This document shows positions 10,698 to 20,653 of a stretch of 27,689 bases of DNA, piece after piece (position 1 is the stretch's first letter; each line of letters opens with the position of its first letter). The position numbers were made by a program, and so were the translations under genes. The notes under the pieces were generated by a model, which worked only from the letters and a program-made list of their open reading frames with translations, was not told the origin of the DNA and searched no databases. The stretch is from contig CAVTCR010000072.1 in the NCBI GenBank assembly GCA_963733195.1, positions 1 to 27,689 of the forward strand, read 5' to 3'. This DNA comes from an uncultured delta proteobacterium. Lineage in GTDB: Bacteria; Desulfobacterota; Binatia; Bin18.

Positions 10698-10934
10698 ATG
10701 TCAGCGAGCCTCAACGAACTTGCCGAACGGATTGTTGCGCTTGCGCCTGCAGAGCAAGAAGCACTCATCGAGAGAGTCGCTGAGTTAAACTTCCAACGCG
10801 GGTTAGAGGCCTTGTCGCAGAGGTACCGGAAACGTCTTGCGCAGGAAGGACAATTAGACCAAGCAGCGACTGAAGTTCTTGCTGAACTCGCCAAGCTGAG
10901 AGAAACAATTGCCGCACATGACTATCGGGCGTGA
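10698..10934 (+). CDS. Small helical protein, probable antitoxin
   Basis: 78-aa ORF with RBS GAGGG. Its 3' end overlaps the start of a PIN-like ORF. Confidence 0.55.
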   Translation: MSASLNELAERIVALAPAEQEALIERVAELNFQRGLEALSQRYRKRLAQEGQLDQAATEVLAELAKLRETIAAHDYRA

Positions 10935-11007
10935 ATGGGTCGTCCTTGATACGAATGTGTGGATATTTGGTCTACGTGGCAACAAGAACTTGTCCACTCA
11001 GGTTTAA
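10918..11007 (+). pseudogene. Truncated PIN-domain (VapC-like) toxin stub
   Basis: MTIGREWVVLDTNVWIFGLR carries the hallmark PIN beta1 motif (hhhDTNVh). It stops after 29 aa and I found no PIN continuation in other frames. Confidence 0.6.
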
Positions 11008-11404
11008 TCTCGCTTGCCGCAGTGGCGTCAGCGGTAAGAAAAGTAAACTTGGCTCTGGCGTGGCTCTTGCTTTTGCTCACAGTCAAGGAATGCTGGGCGA
11101 GCTGATACACGATCGTGGACATTGCCGCGCTCTTGCAGTTGATTTTTGCGTCAGCTTCCTAAGAATCTATATACAATCAGAGCAAGCCCATCTGCAACGC
11201 TGGTACGACAAAGCAGGCGTCGGTACGCCGGAACGCAAAGGCATAACACGAAGTGACGAAGCGAAGGATGAAGTCTTATCGCAAGGTGACTCGCGTGTCA
11301 CAAAATAAGACCGGATGTTCGGATAAAATACCACAAGGGACGGAAAGGGAAAAAGTAGAAGCCATGAAACCGTTAATTTTTACGCCATGCTCGACGACTT
11401 CCTG

Positions 11405-11421
11405 CTGGCCTGGTTCTTGCG
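11405..11421 (+). promoter_or_regulatory. Candidate sigma54 (-24/-12) promoter
   Basis: CTGGCCTGGTTCTTGCG has exact GG-N10-GC spacing with TGGC and TTGC. It is preceded by an A/T-rich tract and lies about 55 nt before ATG 11476. Confidence 0.55.
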
Positions 11422-11475
11422 GACAGTAAGTGACGCGCGCATTGCACGACACTCTTTCAGTAGTAGGAGGCAGAT

Positions 11476-11697
11476 ATGATTCCTTTCATTCCGACATTCT
11501 CTGGGGTTCCAACCAATGTCCTCGATATGACTGACGCTATTGCTCCATTTGCGGGTACTGTCCTTGTCGGGCTCTTTCTCTCCAGTCTTGCCGGCATTGT
11601 GATCACCGTACTCCTCGATCGTTGGCTCACACAGCGACAACAGCGAGTGCTGGCGACGCAAGTGGCAGAGCTGAACCCAATACGCCACGCAGCCTAA
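11476..11697 (+). CDS. Small single-pass membrane protein, unknown function
   Basis: Strong RBS AGGAGG. Hydrophobic segment FAGTVLVGLFLSSLAGIVITVLL. The C-terminus ends in HAA. Confidence 0.6.
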   Translation: MIPFIPTFSGVPTNVLDMTDAIAPFAGTVLVGLFLSSLAGIVITVLLDRWLTQRQQRVLATQVAELNPIRHAA

Positions 11698-11752
11698 GCG
11701 CGAGGGAACAGTTGTTGAGGTTCTCTCAATGAGGAGCAGAGGAGCACTGACG

Positions 11753-12602
11753 ATGAACACAAGCCTAATTCAAGACACCACAATAGAACTGCAATACGTT
11801 GAAGCCCCACTCAATTATCTGAGTGAGGAGACGACAAAAGCCCGCCGCCTACATGTACACGCCGCCGCCAGGCATTCCGAGCCGGTCAGGACAGTACATT
11901 GCTCATACGCTGCCAATCTTTAACGGTCGCGTGTTGCAGGATCACCTCTCGTTGGACCGACACGGCTTTCAGTTGATCCGCCGCAAGACTCAGGTGAAGA
12001 ATTTTTACGATGCCCAGGAAGTGAAAGCGATCTACTATCCCGAGGTCGAGTACCTGGTGAGGAAATTCACCGGTGCGGCGAGAGTCATTGCTTTCGATCA
12101 TAACGTACGCTGCGGAACGCTGGCAAAACAAGGTGAGGCCGGCATACGTGAACCGGTGAAAACCGTGCACAACGATTACACGCTCAAATCCGGCCCGCAG
12201 CGCGTACGTGACTTGCTCCCACCCGAGGAAGCCGAAGAGCTGCTCCAGCATCGGTTTGCGGTGATCAACGTCTGGCGGCCCATTCGTGGACCTGTGCAAG
12301 AGTCACCATTGGCGGTGTGTGACGCCCGCAGCATCACCCAGGAAGACTTCATCCCGACTGATCTGGTGTACCGTGACCGTAAGGGCGAGATCTATTTGGT
12401 GGCGTTCAGTCCTAGTCACCGCTGGTTCTACTTCCCACACATGCAGACCAATGAGGCGCTGCTGCTCAAATGCTACGACTCGATGGACGACGGACGCGCA
12501 CGGTTTACCGCCCACTCCGCGTTTGCTGATCCGACCAGTCCGCCTGATGCGCCGGCGCGGGAGAGTATTGAAGTACGTACGCTGGCGTTCTTTGCTTCGT
12601 AG
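11753..12602 (+). CDS. CmcJ/NvfI/AsaB-family Fe(II)/2-oxoglutarate oxidoreductase, one frameshift near 11840
   Basis: SLDRHGFQL, FDHNVR, VHNDYT (HxD), INVWRPI, PLAVCDARS, HSAF, RESIEVRTLAF. Confidence 0.88.
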
Positions 12603-12629
12603 CCTAACCAGTGTCAAAGGAGGGACATC

Positions 12630-13353
12630 ATGGCTGAAACATCACCACGCCCGGTTGCCGTCGTCGTCGGAGTGGGTGCAGGATTAGGCGCGGCCTTAGC
12701 ACGCCGCTTTGCGTCGGGGTACACAGTGGCGCTCCTCGCGCGTGGAGAAGAGTATTTGACCTACGCTTGCCAAAGAGATCGAGGGCGCGGGTGGACGTGC
12801 ACTGGTAGTGCCCACCGACGTGAGTCAAGAAAAACAGATTGAGGCGGCCTTCACTACTATCCGTCGTGAATTGGGCGCTCCGGAGGTGTTGCTCTATAAC
12901 GCGGCAATGCGTCCGTTTGGCCGGCTGCTGGAGACCAAGGCCAGCACGTTTGAGAACACCTGGCGTGTCTGCGTCTTTGGTGCGTTCCTTTGCGCTCAGC
13001 ATGTCGTACCCGACATGCTGACGAAAGGTAAAGGTAGCGTCCTGTTTACAGGTGCCACGGCGGGCGTCAAGCCGTTCCCGACGTCGGCGGCGTTTGGCCC
13101 AGCGAAGTTTGCCATGCGCGGACTGGCGCAGGTGTTGGCGCGCGACCTTGGCCCACGAGGGATTCACGTGGCTTATATCAACGTGGACGGACCGATCGAC
13201 ATGCCGTTTATTCGCCAGCGGTTTCCTGACATGAAAGATGAAGACATGCTCAAACCGTCAGCAATTGCCGAGACCTATTGGCACCTCGCTCACCAAGATC
13301 CTAGTGCGTGGACGCAAGAACTTGATGTGAGACCATTCAAGGAGAAGTTCTAA
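12630..13353 (+). CDS. Short-chain dehydrogenase/reductase, frameshifted
   Basis: VVGVGAGLGAALARRF, LLYNAA, FTGATA, AAFGPAKFA, GIHVAYINVDG. Confidence 0.88.
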
Positions 13354-13501
13354 GCGACCTATCAGATATCGAACGCCTGTGCGCGAAAGGATGACGACTC
13401 GCCGCGCCGCTGGGTGATGTAATCCTTCCCGAAGGAATTCAGGTATACGTCGAGCGCGTACTGAAACAGTGCCAAGAAACCCTAACCAGAGAAGAATATT
13501 C

Positions 13502-13855
13502 ATGCCGCCAGACCTGGAGCCGCTTGCGGATCTGGACTTTTGCTATCTCACCACGACTGGCCGCGTGACCAGTCAGCCACGGACCATCGAAATCTGGTTT
13601 GCCGTACATGGGCAAACCCTCTATATGCTAGCGGGAAGTGGAAGAAACGCGGGGTGGGTGAAGAATCTCAAACACACCCCGGAAGTCACTGTGCGCATTG
13701 GCAAACACCACTTCACGGGTCGTGCGCGGATCGTGGAAGACAGTGCTGAAGATGCACTTGCGCGTCAGCTCGTCGTCGGCAAGTATCAGCCACGTGATAG
13801 TGACGACCTTTCTACGTGGGGGAAGGTCGCGCTCCCTGTGGCGGTTGATTTTTGA
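13502..13855 (+). CDS. Deazaflavin (F420)-dependent nitroreductase-family (DDN-like) protein
   Basis: YLTTTGRVTSQPRTIEIWF, WVKNLKHTPEVTV, GRARIV. Confidence 0.8.
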   Translation: MPPDLEPLADLDFCYLTTTGRVTSQPRTIEIWFAVHGQTLYMLAGSGRNAGWVKNLKHTPEVTVRIGKHHFTGRARIVEDSAEDALARQLVVGKYQPRDSDDLSTWGKVALPVAVDF

Positions 13856-13913
13856 TCGTAACTGGGGGAAGTGGTATCAGCGATAGCAAACTCTCAGGAA
13901 CACGGAGGACATC

Positions 13914-14729
13914 ATGGCAGCAGAAATCGCACGTGACGATTATAAGTTGAAATATGTCAGCTTGGCCGAAGCGAAGAACATGACTGGGCTGCGGCTCATT
14001 CTCGGCGCACATACGATCCCTGGCCCGTGGCGCGAGGCGTGCAAAAGCATCTTTTATGTGAAGAAAATTCCTTACACACCGGTGGCATCTGCCGGGCAGG
14101 ATGGATCAGACCGTGAGTTACGCGAATGGACTGCGCAGAATAGCGCGCCCGTGGCGATCTGGAATGATGAACGCCCACGCTCGACGTGGATCGAACAGCT
14201 TTACCTGGCTGAACGCTTACAGCCGACCCCAGCCCTAATTCCTGCGAGTATCGACGACCGCTCATTGATGTTTGGCTACATTAACGAAATCGCGGGTCAG
14301 AACGGCTTTGCCTGGTCCAAGCGTCTCACCATGATTCATGGCACAGTGACCAATCCCAAGACCGATGAGCCCACACGCGCCTTTTGGCTTAAGTTTGGGA
14401 CGAAGTATGGCTATAGCGCGGAAGCAGCCGAAGCTGCGCCCGCACGCATGGTGGAGGTCTTACGATTTCTTGGTACCCGTCTGGAGCAGCAGAAAGCTAA
14501 AGGCAGCAAGTTCTTCATCGGTAATCAACTTTCTGCACTCGACATTTACTGGGCGGCATTCACGGCACTCGTGCAACCGCTACCGCCTGAGTTGTGTCCG
14601 ATGGCCACGGCATTTCGTGCCTTTTACACGGAAAAGAATCCAGTGGTGACGGCGGCGGTATCGCCGGCGTTATTGGAACATCGCGACTTCATTTACCGCG
14701 AGTATCTGGAGTTGCCGATCGTGTTTTAG
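13914..14729 (+). CDS. Glutathione S-transferase-like protein
   Basis: PGPWREACK N-terminal motif, SAPV cis-Pro-like motif, and the GST C-terminal signature FFIGNQLSALDIYWAAF. Confidence 0.7.
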   Translation: MAAEIARDDYKLKYVSLAEAKNMTGLRLILGAHTIPGPWREACKSIFYVKKIPYTPVASAGQDGSDRELREWTAQNSAPVAIWNDERPRSTWIEQLYLAERLQPTPALIPASIDDRSLMFGYINEIAGQNGFAWSKRLTMIHGTVTNPKTDEPTRAFWLKFGTKYGYSAEAAEAAPARMVEVLRFLGTRLEQQKAKGSKFFIGNQLSALDIYWAAFTALVQPLPPELCPMATAFRAFYTEKNPVVTAAVSPALLEHRDFIYREYLELPIVF

Positions 14730-14799
14730 AGCGGAATGAAGGGAGGTATTGCCTTCCGTACGTATGTTGTAAGAGAGACCGGCGCAAGGAGGGACAGCA

Positions 14800-15672
14800 A
14801 TGTTCGAGGGATTCGAACACCTACAAATCAAAACAGCGGGAGCAACCATCAATGTACTGAAAGGCGGGAAGGGGGCGCCGGTCCTGCTGTTACACGGGTA
14901 TCCACAGACGCATGTGATGTGGCATAAAATCGCGCCACGGTTAGCCAACGATTTCTCTCTGGTTCTTCCTGACCTCCGCGGCTATGGCGACAGCAGTAAA
15001 CCGCCAGACGGTGATGATCATTTCGGTTACTCGAAACGTGCTACTGCTCAAGACCAAGTCGAGGTCATGGAGCAGCTTGGCTTCAAGCAATTTGCCGTGG
15101 TGGGACACGACCGTGGCGGGCGCGTGGCGCATCGCATGGCGCTTGACCATTCTGAACGAGTGACCAAACTCGCGGTCCTTGATATCGCTCCGACTCACAA
15201 ATTGTATCATAACGTGAGTAAAGCCTTTGCGACCGCATATTACCATTGGTTCTTTTTGATCCAGCCGGCTCCGATGCCAGAAACCCTGATCGGCAATAGC
15301 GCTGAATTCTATCTCAACTCGTTGCTCGGCATTGGCAGGCTCAAGCCGCACGCGATCACTCCCGAAGCTTTTGCTGAATACCTTCGCTGCTTCCGTGACC
15401 CGGCAACTATTCATGCGACTTGTGAGGATTACCGTGCTGCTGCGTCCATTGACTTGGTGCATGATGACGCCGACATGGATCGCAAGGTCACCTGTCCGGT
15501 ACTGGCACTCTGGGGCGAAAAGGGGGTTATGCACAGAATGTACGACGTTGTCGCAGTCTGGCGTGAGCGAGCGGTCAATGTGAGTGGCAAAGCCTTACCG
15601 TGTGGTCACTTCCTGGCCGAAGAGGCGCCGGAGGAGACACTGACGGAACTCAGGAGTTTTCTTAAAGACTGA
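14800..15672 (+). CDS. Haloacetate/fluoroacetate dehalogenase (alpha/beta hydrolase)
   Basis: LLHGYPQTHVMWH, DLRGYG, GHDRGGRV (Asp nucleophile plus two Arg), LDIAPT, YYHWFF, CEDYRA, CGHF. Confidence 0.88.
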   Translation: MFEGFEHLQIKTAGATINVLKGGKGAPVLLLHGYPQTHVMWHKIAPRLANDFSLVLPDLRGYGDSSKPPDGDDHFGYSKRATAQDQVEVMEQLGFKQFAVVGHDRGGRVAHRMALDHSERVTKLAVLDIAPTHKLYHNVSKAFATAYYHWFFLIQPAPMPETLIGNSAEFYLNSLLGIGRLKPHAITPEAFAEYLRCFRDPATIHATCEDYRAAASIDLVHDDADMDRKVTCPVLALWGEKGVMHRMYDVVAVWRERAVNVSGKALPCGHFLAEEAPEETLTELRSFLKD

Positions 15673-15685
15673 GAGTGGTGAGCCC

Positions 15686-16336
15686 ATGAGCACGACAGAT
15701 CCCACTCAGCACCTTGCTAAAGTCGATCCCGTGATGCGTCGTCTCATCCGGGAAATCGGGCCGTATAGCTTGCAGACCAACATCCGTCGCTCCCCTTTTG
15801 AAATCCTGGCACGCGCCATTGCCAATCAACAGCTCAATGGCACCGCCGCTGAAACTATTCTGCGCCGCCTCGTCGCGCTCTTTCCTGGACGTCAATTCCC
15901 AACTCCTGATGACCTACTCACGGCTAGTGAAGACGACATACGGGGCGTGGGCTTCTCGCGCGCAAAGGTGGCGGCCCTGCGTGACCTCGCTGCGAAGACG
16001 TTGGATGGGACGGTGCCTCTGGCGCGTGTTATTCGCCGACTCGACGATGATGTGATTGTCGAGCGCCTCACCCAAGTCCGTGGCGTCGGCCGCTGGACGG
16101 TGGAGATGCTGCTGATCTTCCATCTCGGACGACCGGATGTGTTACCTATTGACGATTTTGGTGTACGCGCGGGTTTTCGTGTCGCCTACGGTTTAGCTGA
16201 TTTGCCGAAGCCAAAGGAACTGCTGCTCCATGGGGAACGCTGGCGACCGTATCGCACCACAGCGGCGTGGTACTTGTGGCGGGCAGTGGAGCGGGCGAAA
16301 GCCGCGCAACTGTTGCAGAGTAAGAAGAATACGTAG
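15686..16336 (+). CDS. alkA: DNA-3-methyladenine glycosylase II (AlkA/HhH-GPD family)
   Basis: AIANQQL, GFSRAK, RGVGRWTVEMLLIF, RPDVLPIDDFGVR, WRPYRTTAAWYLW. Confidence 0.9.
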   Translation: MSTTDPTQHLAKVDPVMRRLIREIGPYSLQTNIRRSPFEILARAIANQQLNGTAAETILRRLVALFPGRQFPTPDDLLTASEDDIRGVGFSRAKVAALRDLAAKTLDGTVPLARVIRRLDDDVIVERLTQVRGVGRWTVEMLLIFHLGRPDVLPIDDFGVRAGFRVAYGLADLPKPKELLLHGERWRPYRTTAAWYLWRAVERAKAAQLLQSKKNT

Positions 16337-16454
16337 ATCTCTTATAAGGTGACTTTAAAAATTCGGTTACCGATTTTGGTTGTCAAATTTCATTAGGCTA
16401 AAAACTATTTGTGACGCCTAGACCCCGGCAAATGCAAACTGTTCGATAAAGATG

Positions 16455-17298
16455 TCAAAAGGCGAGTTTGATCATGGAGTGCGGAACGAATTCGTTTTGC
16501 CCGGCGATGCCAAACTCGTTGTGAATATAGCGAAACTCGACGCCGCAAAACAGATGATTCTCGTAGCCAAAGAACGTTCCCACATCGAGCAGCAATTGCG
16601 TGTCACTATAGATGGTCCACGGGAGATCGCCTTCATCGCCGGCAATGTCGATATAGCCCCCGTACGACAATTTTAGTCCAGACACTGTGAAAGGAATCGC
16701 CCAGTCCAGGATGACCTGCCAGGTTACACCGTCCTGGTCAACATTATCCTTCACAAGGAACCTAGAATTGGCAAACTCGAAGTGAAGGAAGTCCAGACTG
16801 AAGCTGACGCCACTCGAATGCGTCAAGAAACCGTCAGCAAAGGCGAACTCATGGGCGATCAGCGCGTCTTTGACTAGCCCACGAGAGAGCTTCCAGCCAA
16901 AAATCTTACTCAAGCTGAAGCGCGGGTGCCACTCGCCGTAATAGGTGGCGTCGCCGAGTAATCGGTCATGCTCGGCTAGATTGTAGACATCAAGGAAGAA
17001 ATAATTATCGCCGTACCACCAGGCGTCGGCGTGTTCAAAGGTCAATGTATCTCGCGTTCCCTTCCCCAGGTCCCAGTTAAAACCGTAGAGATACTGGATG
17101 TTCGACGTCATCCATTCAATAAACGGTTGTTTCTTTTGTTGCGTCTGAAGAGAGGGGAGTCTCGGGCAGTGGGCCTACCACGCCGATTTCTGGCGTCTTC
17201 TCCTGCGCCGCCGCCTCCCAGCTCTCGCCATTTATCACAACGATAAGCAGGAGTATCAGCCAGGCACACAGTCTATGGGAAAAGCAAGTCATAGACAT
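16455..17298 (-). CDS. Tsx/OmpK-like outer-membrane nucleoside channel, one frameshift near 17140
   Basis: WMTSNIQYLYG, TLTFEHADAWWYGDNYFFLD, YGEWHPRFSL and a C-terminal Phe. A signal-peptide-like segment lies in the upstream frame, and the start is approximate. Confidence 0.75.
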
Positions 17299-17539
17299 GC
17301 GGATGGAGCAGTGTTCTGACGACCGCCACAGCCTAGTCATTTTTATGGAACTATCAAGAGAGCAAAAATTTCGTTTCGGCGTTAGCTCAGGCTGGAAGGC
17401 GAAAGATACATTGGAAAACTGCCACACTGTCACTTTATGTTGTACTTGACTCGTCCCTATTAGTCGCTGACTCCGGAGAGAATATACAGGCAAGCGCCAA
17501 CAGTTCCTATACACCCCGGAGGCGCAAGTGAACGCGTTC

Positions 17540-17851
17540 TTACAGCCCGATCATCTTCTTGTAGATCTTGAGCGCCTGCGCACGAGTAGACGTGCGCGCT
17601 ACGGCTTGCTTCCAGATAGGATAACGGTCTTTCATACACGTTGCGCAGGGGCGGTAACCGGCAGCAATAGCTGTAGCCTCATCGGCAAAGAACACGCGGT
17701 GTTTGACGTAATAACCTTTGGCGATCCAGAGCAACGCACTGCGACAATCCATGCGGCCGTAACCCTTACTGCCCCGGTGACCACCGAAAGTGCCTGGGGT
17801 ACTACTTTCATAAAACTTTCCGTCTGGCCCTATAAGTTTGTAGAGTTTCAT
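17540..17851 (-). CDS. Stand-alone Ada metal-binding-domain protein
   Basis: YGRMDC...RVFFADEATAIAAGYRPCATC. Confidence 0.85.
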   Translation of the reverse strand: MKLYKLIGPDGKFYESSTPGTFGGHRGSKGYGRMDCRSALLWIAKGYYVKHRVFFADEATAIAAGYRPCATCMKDRYPIWKQAVARTSTRAQALKIYKKMIGL

Positions 17852-17864
17852 TAACCCTCGACTC

Positions 17865-18375
17865 TCACCCTATAGTGACACTCACACCTTCGTGTTGTAG
17901 CAGCCAACGTTTACGCTCCAGGCCACCAGCGTAGCCAGTCAGTGCCCCATTTGCGCCCACCAACCGATGGCAGGGAACGACAATAGCGATCGGATTCAGC
18001 CCATTCGTCATGCCGACAGCACGATAGGCAGTAGGTTTCCCCAACTTTGCTGCCAACTCGCCATACGTGAGCACTGTTCCTGGCGGGATCGTGCGTAACG
18101 CCGACCACACCTGCTGCTGAAACGCAGTGCCTCCAGTGTTGACGGGAATACGGCTGATACAGGCAATGATCACCCGCGAGATAGGCGCGGATCAGACTGC
18201 TGAATCCTTGTGGGTCGATAGTATCTTGCAACTGAAAATCAGGGTCACGCCGTCTCAGCAGCGTCATCATGCGGTTTTCGTAGCCGGCGTAGTCAAGAGC
18301 GCAGAGCCGCTCGCCGTCAGAGACCAGTAGAATCTTCCCGAGTGCCGAATCGATTCTGTCGATGAGGAGTTCCAT
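17865..18375 (-). CDS. ogt: Methylated-DNA-protein-cysteine methyltransferase, one frameshift near 18170
   Basis: [59 protein letters not shown]. Confidence 0.93.
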
Positions 18376-18554
18376 AGCGCCCTTCCTTATCATTCGTCCT
18401 CTGATTCTTTAAGAGAGACACCACAGGAAGGGAAATGTGAAAAGAGAAGGACTACGATCTCATAGGAACATCTGCGCCCTCACCTGTAAAAATCTGGATG
18501 TATCTGTCGGGTATGTCAGCGCAAGTGCGATTCAGGGCTGACCACCCACCAATG

Positions 18555-19487
18555 TCATTCTGAGGTCGCAGACCGAAGAGTCTCTTTGTTCGGTGCCTTG
18601 ACTGATTCCGGGCGGTTCAACACCGCATTGAAGACGGTCGCTGGCACACGGAGACGGTCGTCATCTGCGTAGAGCGTACGCAATTCGGTGAATGCAGTAT
18701 CGGGCGCTCGTGTGATCGCGGCAAGCCGGTCGAAAAACGTAAGCTGCTCATCAGTGAGCGACGTATCCGGTTGGGGCATGGCGCCCCAGACGTCCCACGG
18801 CAGCATCTCCATTTTGTTGAGTGCTGCGACATCACGCACCAGATTCCCGGCAATAAACCACAGTCCGCGTAGGTTCGCGAAGGCGATGCCGAACTTCGCC
18901 GGCTCGACCTGACCTGCGCGGCATTGTGCCCACGCCTCGCCCGCGATCACGAAGCGATCGCGCGGCACATCAAGGATGTCGAAATCGGGTTTGAGTTTCT
19001 CCTGCCATATGTCGTCTAGCTGCGAGTCGACTAAAACCCACCGCGCTTCTGTAGCATTCCAGTATTCGCACACCCAGTGATCCTCCAAGTATGGGGGATT
19101 GAAATACGCGCCGAAACCGCATCGAGATCTCGCTGGAACACCTTTGGCCCGCAACATCGCGACTAGAAAACGCGTAAAGTTATGACAGCGGCAAGCCAGG
19201 CGCTTATTGACCGGTCGAGCGACCGACAGCGACTGGTCATCGAGAGCAAGGAGGCGATCCAACATTTGCTCCATGGAGCGAAGATGAATTTCATTCTGGC
19301 GTTGATCTGGAATCGCGTAGCCGTAGAAACTAGCCGCCACTACATCATAGATCCCTAGTCCCTGAATAAGGCGCACTAACTCTCTCACGTCGTTTGGCAA
19401 CTCATCAAACAGTGACGCGTGGCGTCCCGCTGAGGTCAGTATTGACGGTTGCGTATAGAAGTCGAGAAGATGTTGTTGGGTCGTCAT
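18555..19487 (-). CDS. Transglutaminase-like cysteine-protease-fold protein
   Basis: Triad motifs [30 protein letters not shown] and WVLVD. Confidence 0.85.
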   Translation of the reverse strand: MTTQQHLLDFYTQPSILTSAGRHASLFDELPNDVRELVRLIQGLGIYDVVAASFYGYAIPDQRQNEIHLRSMEQMLDRLLALDDQSLSVARPVNKRLACRCHNFTRFLVAMLRAKGVPARSRCGFGAYFNPPYLEDHWVCEYWNATEARWVLVDSQLDDIWQEKLKPDFDILDVPRDRFVIAGEAWAQCRAGQVEPAKFGIAFANLRGLWFIAGNLVRDVAALNKMEMLPWDVWGAMPQPDTSLTDEQLTFFDRLAAITRAPDTAFTELRTLYADDDRLRVPATVFNAVLNRPESVKAPNKETLRSATSE

Positions 19488-19833
19488 GATGGTCTGTTCC
19501 TTTCGTCGTCACTCTCAACGCGATGAACCGACGCATGTGTCGTGCTACGAGGTATGACAGCGACACTATGCACAAGATCACCAATAGCACCCGTAGGTGC
19601 GTTGCCGTTGACAGCGACATCCCGACACCGGTTCCCATCGCCACATAGGCCGCCAAGCAGGCGGGGCACTTGGGCAACAGCGCCAGGACGGCGCCCGGCA
19701 CTATCCATCCGGCGATGTCGAGGCAACGCCGAGCGAACGTCAGCGTCTGCGGATCGTCATCTGCGGTCTGCGCTGTGAGCGTCTCGCGGTTTGCGCCATG
19801 TGCAGCGACTGCGCAGCAACAATGAGCATTCAC
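19405..19833 (-). CDS. Cys-rich two-TM membrane protein (CxxC); the true 3' end may be 19484 if frameshifted
   Basis: The GTG start overlaps the DUF899 stop (GTGA). It has N-terminal [18 protein letters not shown] and two hydrophobic segments. Confidence 0.7.
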   Translation of the reverse strand: MNAHCCCAVAAHGANRETLTAQTADDDPQTLTFARRCLDIAGWIVPGAVLALLPKCPACLAAYVAMGTGVGMSLSTATHLRVLLVILCIVSLSYLVARHMRRFIALRVTTKGTDHHDDPTTSSRLLYATVNTDLSGTPRVTV

Positions 19834-20621
19834 GAGTGGTCCTCCCGCGAACAGCACGAGGAGTCCGAGTTTTTAGGAGGCGCGTACAACGCCTTCGGGT
19901 CGACGACATAGTCGTCACCATAGCGATCGTGGTGGCGAACCCAGGCCATCTTAAAGGCCAGGCTGTCTTCGTCGCGGCCCTTCGGCACGAGGTCGAGGTA
20001 GTTGTACGCGCCAATCAACATGTCGACCCCGCGAGCGTAACTGGAATAGGTGTGGAAGATGTCGCCGGTCGCGTCCTTGTAAAATACGCTGGTGCCGGGG
20101 GCTTCGCCCTCGTCCTGAGATTCGCGTATTTGGTAGTTGTAGTATGTCTTGCCCTTTGCCACATCGTCCTTGGTGAACGACACGTGATAGTCGCTGTTAA
20201 AGTCGCAGCCGTATGACGACACCCACTTAAAGCGCCAACCCATGCGCTTCTTAAAGGCTTCGATCTCGGGGAAGGGCGCTCGCGAGACCGCCATCAGCGT
20301 CACGTCACGGTGCGCGAGGTGCACGACGCTACCGTCGATATGATCGGACACCAGCGAGCAGCTCGGGCAACCGTGCTCCCACCCTGGACCAAACATGAAG
20401 TGATAAATGATCAATTGTCCGCGTCCGTCGAACAGGTCAGCGAGCGTTTCTTTGCCGTTTGGCCCGTCGAATACGTAGTTCTTCTCAACCTTTACCCAGG
20501 GCAGCTCGCGACGCTCGGCACTCAGTTGATCGCGCAACCGGGTGAGTTCTTTTTCCTTCTGCAAGTGTCGCTTCCGTGCAGCGATCCACTCCTCTTGTGA
20601 TACGATACGGTTGTGTTGCAT
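19830..20621 (-). CDS. DUF899 thioredoxin-like protein
   Basis: [67 protein letters not shown]. Confidence 0.93.
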   Translation of the reverse strand: MQHNRIVSQEEWIAARKRHLQKEKELTRLRDQLSAERRELPWVKVEKNYVFDGPNGKETLADLFDGRGQLIIYHFMFGPGWEHGCPSCSLVSDHIDGSVVHLAHRDVTLMAVSRAPFPEIEAFKKRMGWRFKWVSSYGCDFNSDYHVSFTKDDVAKGKTYYNYQIRESQDEGEAPGTSVFYKDATGDIFHTYSSYARGVDMLIGAYNYLDLVPKGRDEDSLAFKMAWVRHHDRYGDDYVVDPKALYAPPKNSDSSCCSREDHS

Positions 20622-20653
20622 GATGTGATCTCCTTTCAGTAAGATTTTTTGCT

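Noticed and set aside
13085-13110. SDR lacking the catalytic Tyr (FGPAK instead of YxxxK) as a novelty
   Set aside because: As far as I recall, FxxxK occurs in a known atypical SDR subgroup, so it is not distinctive.
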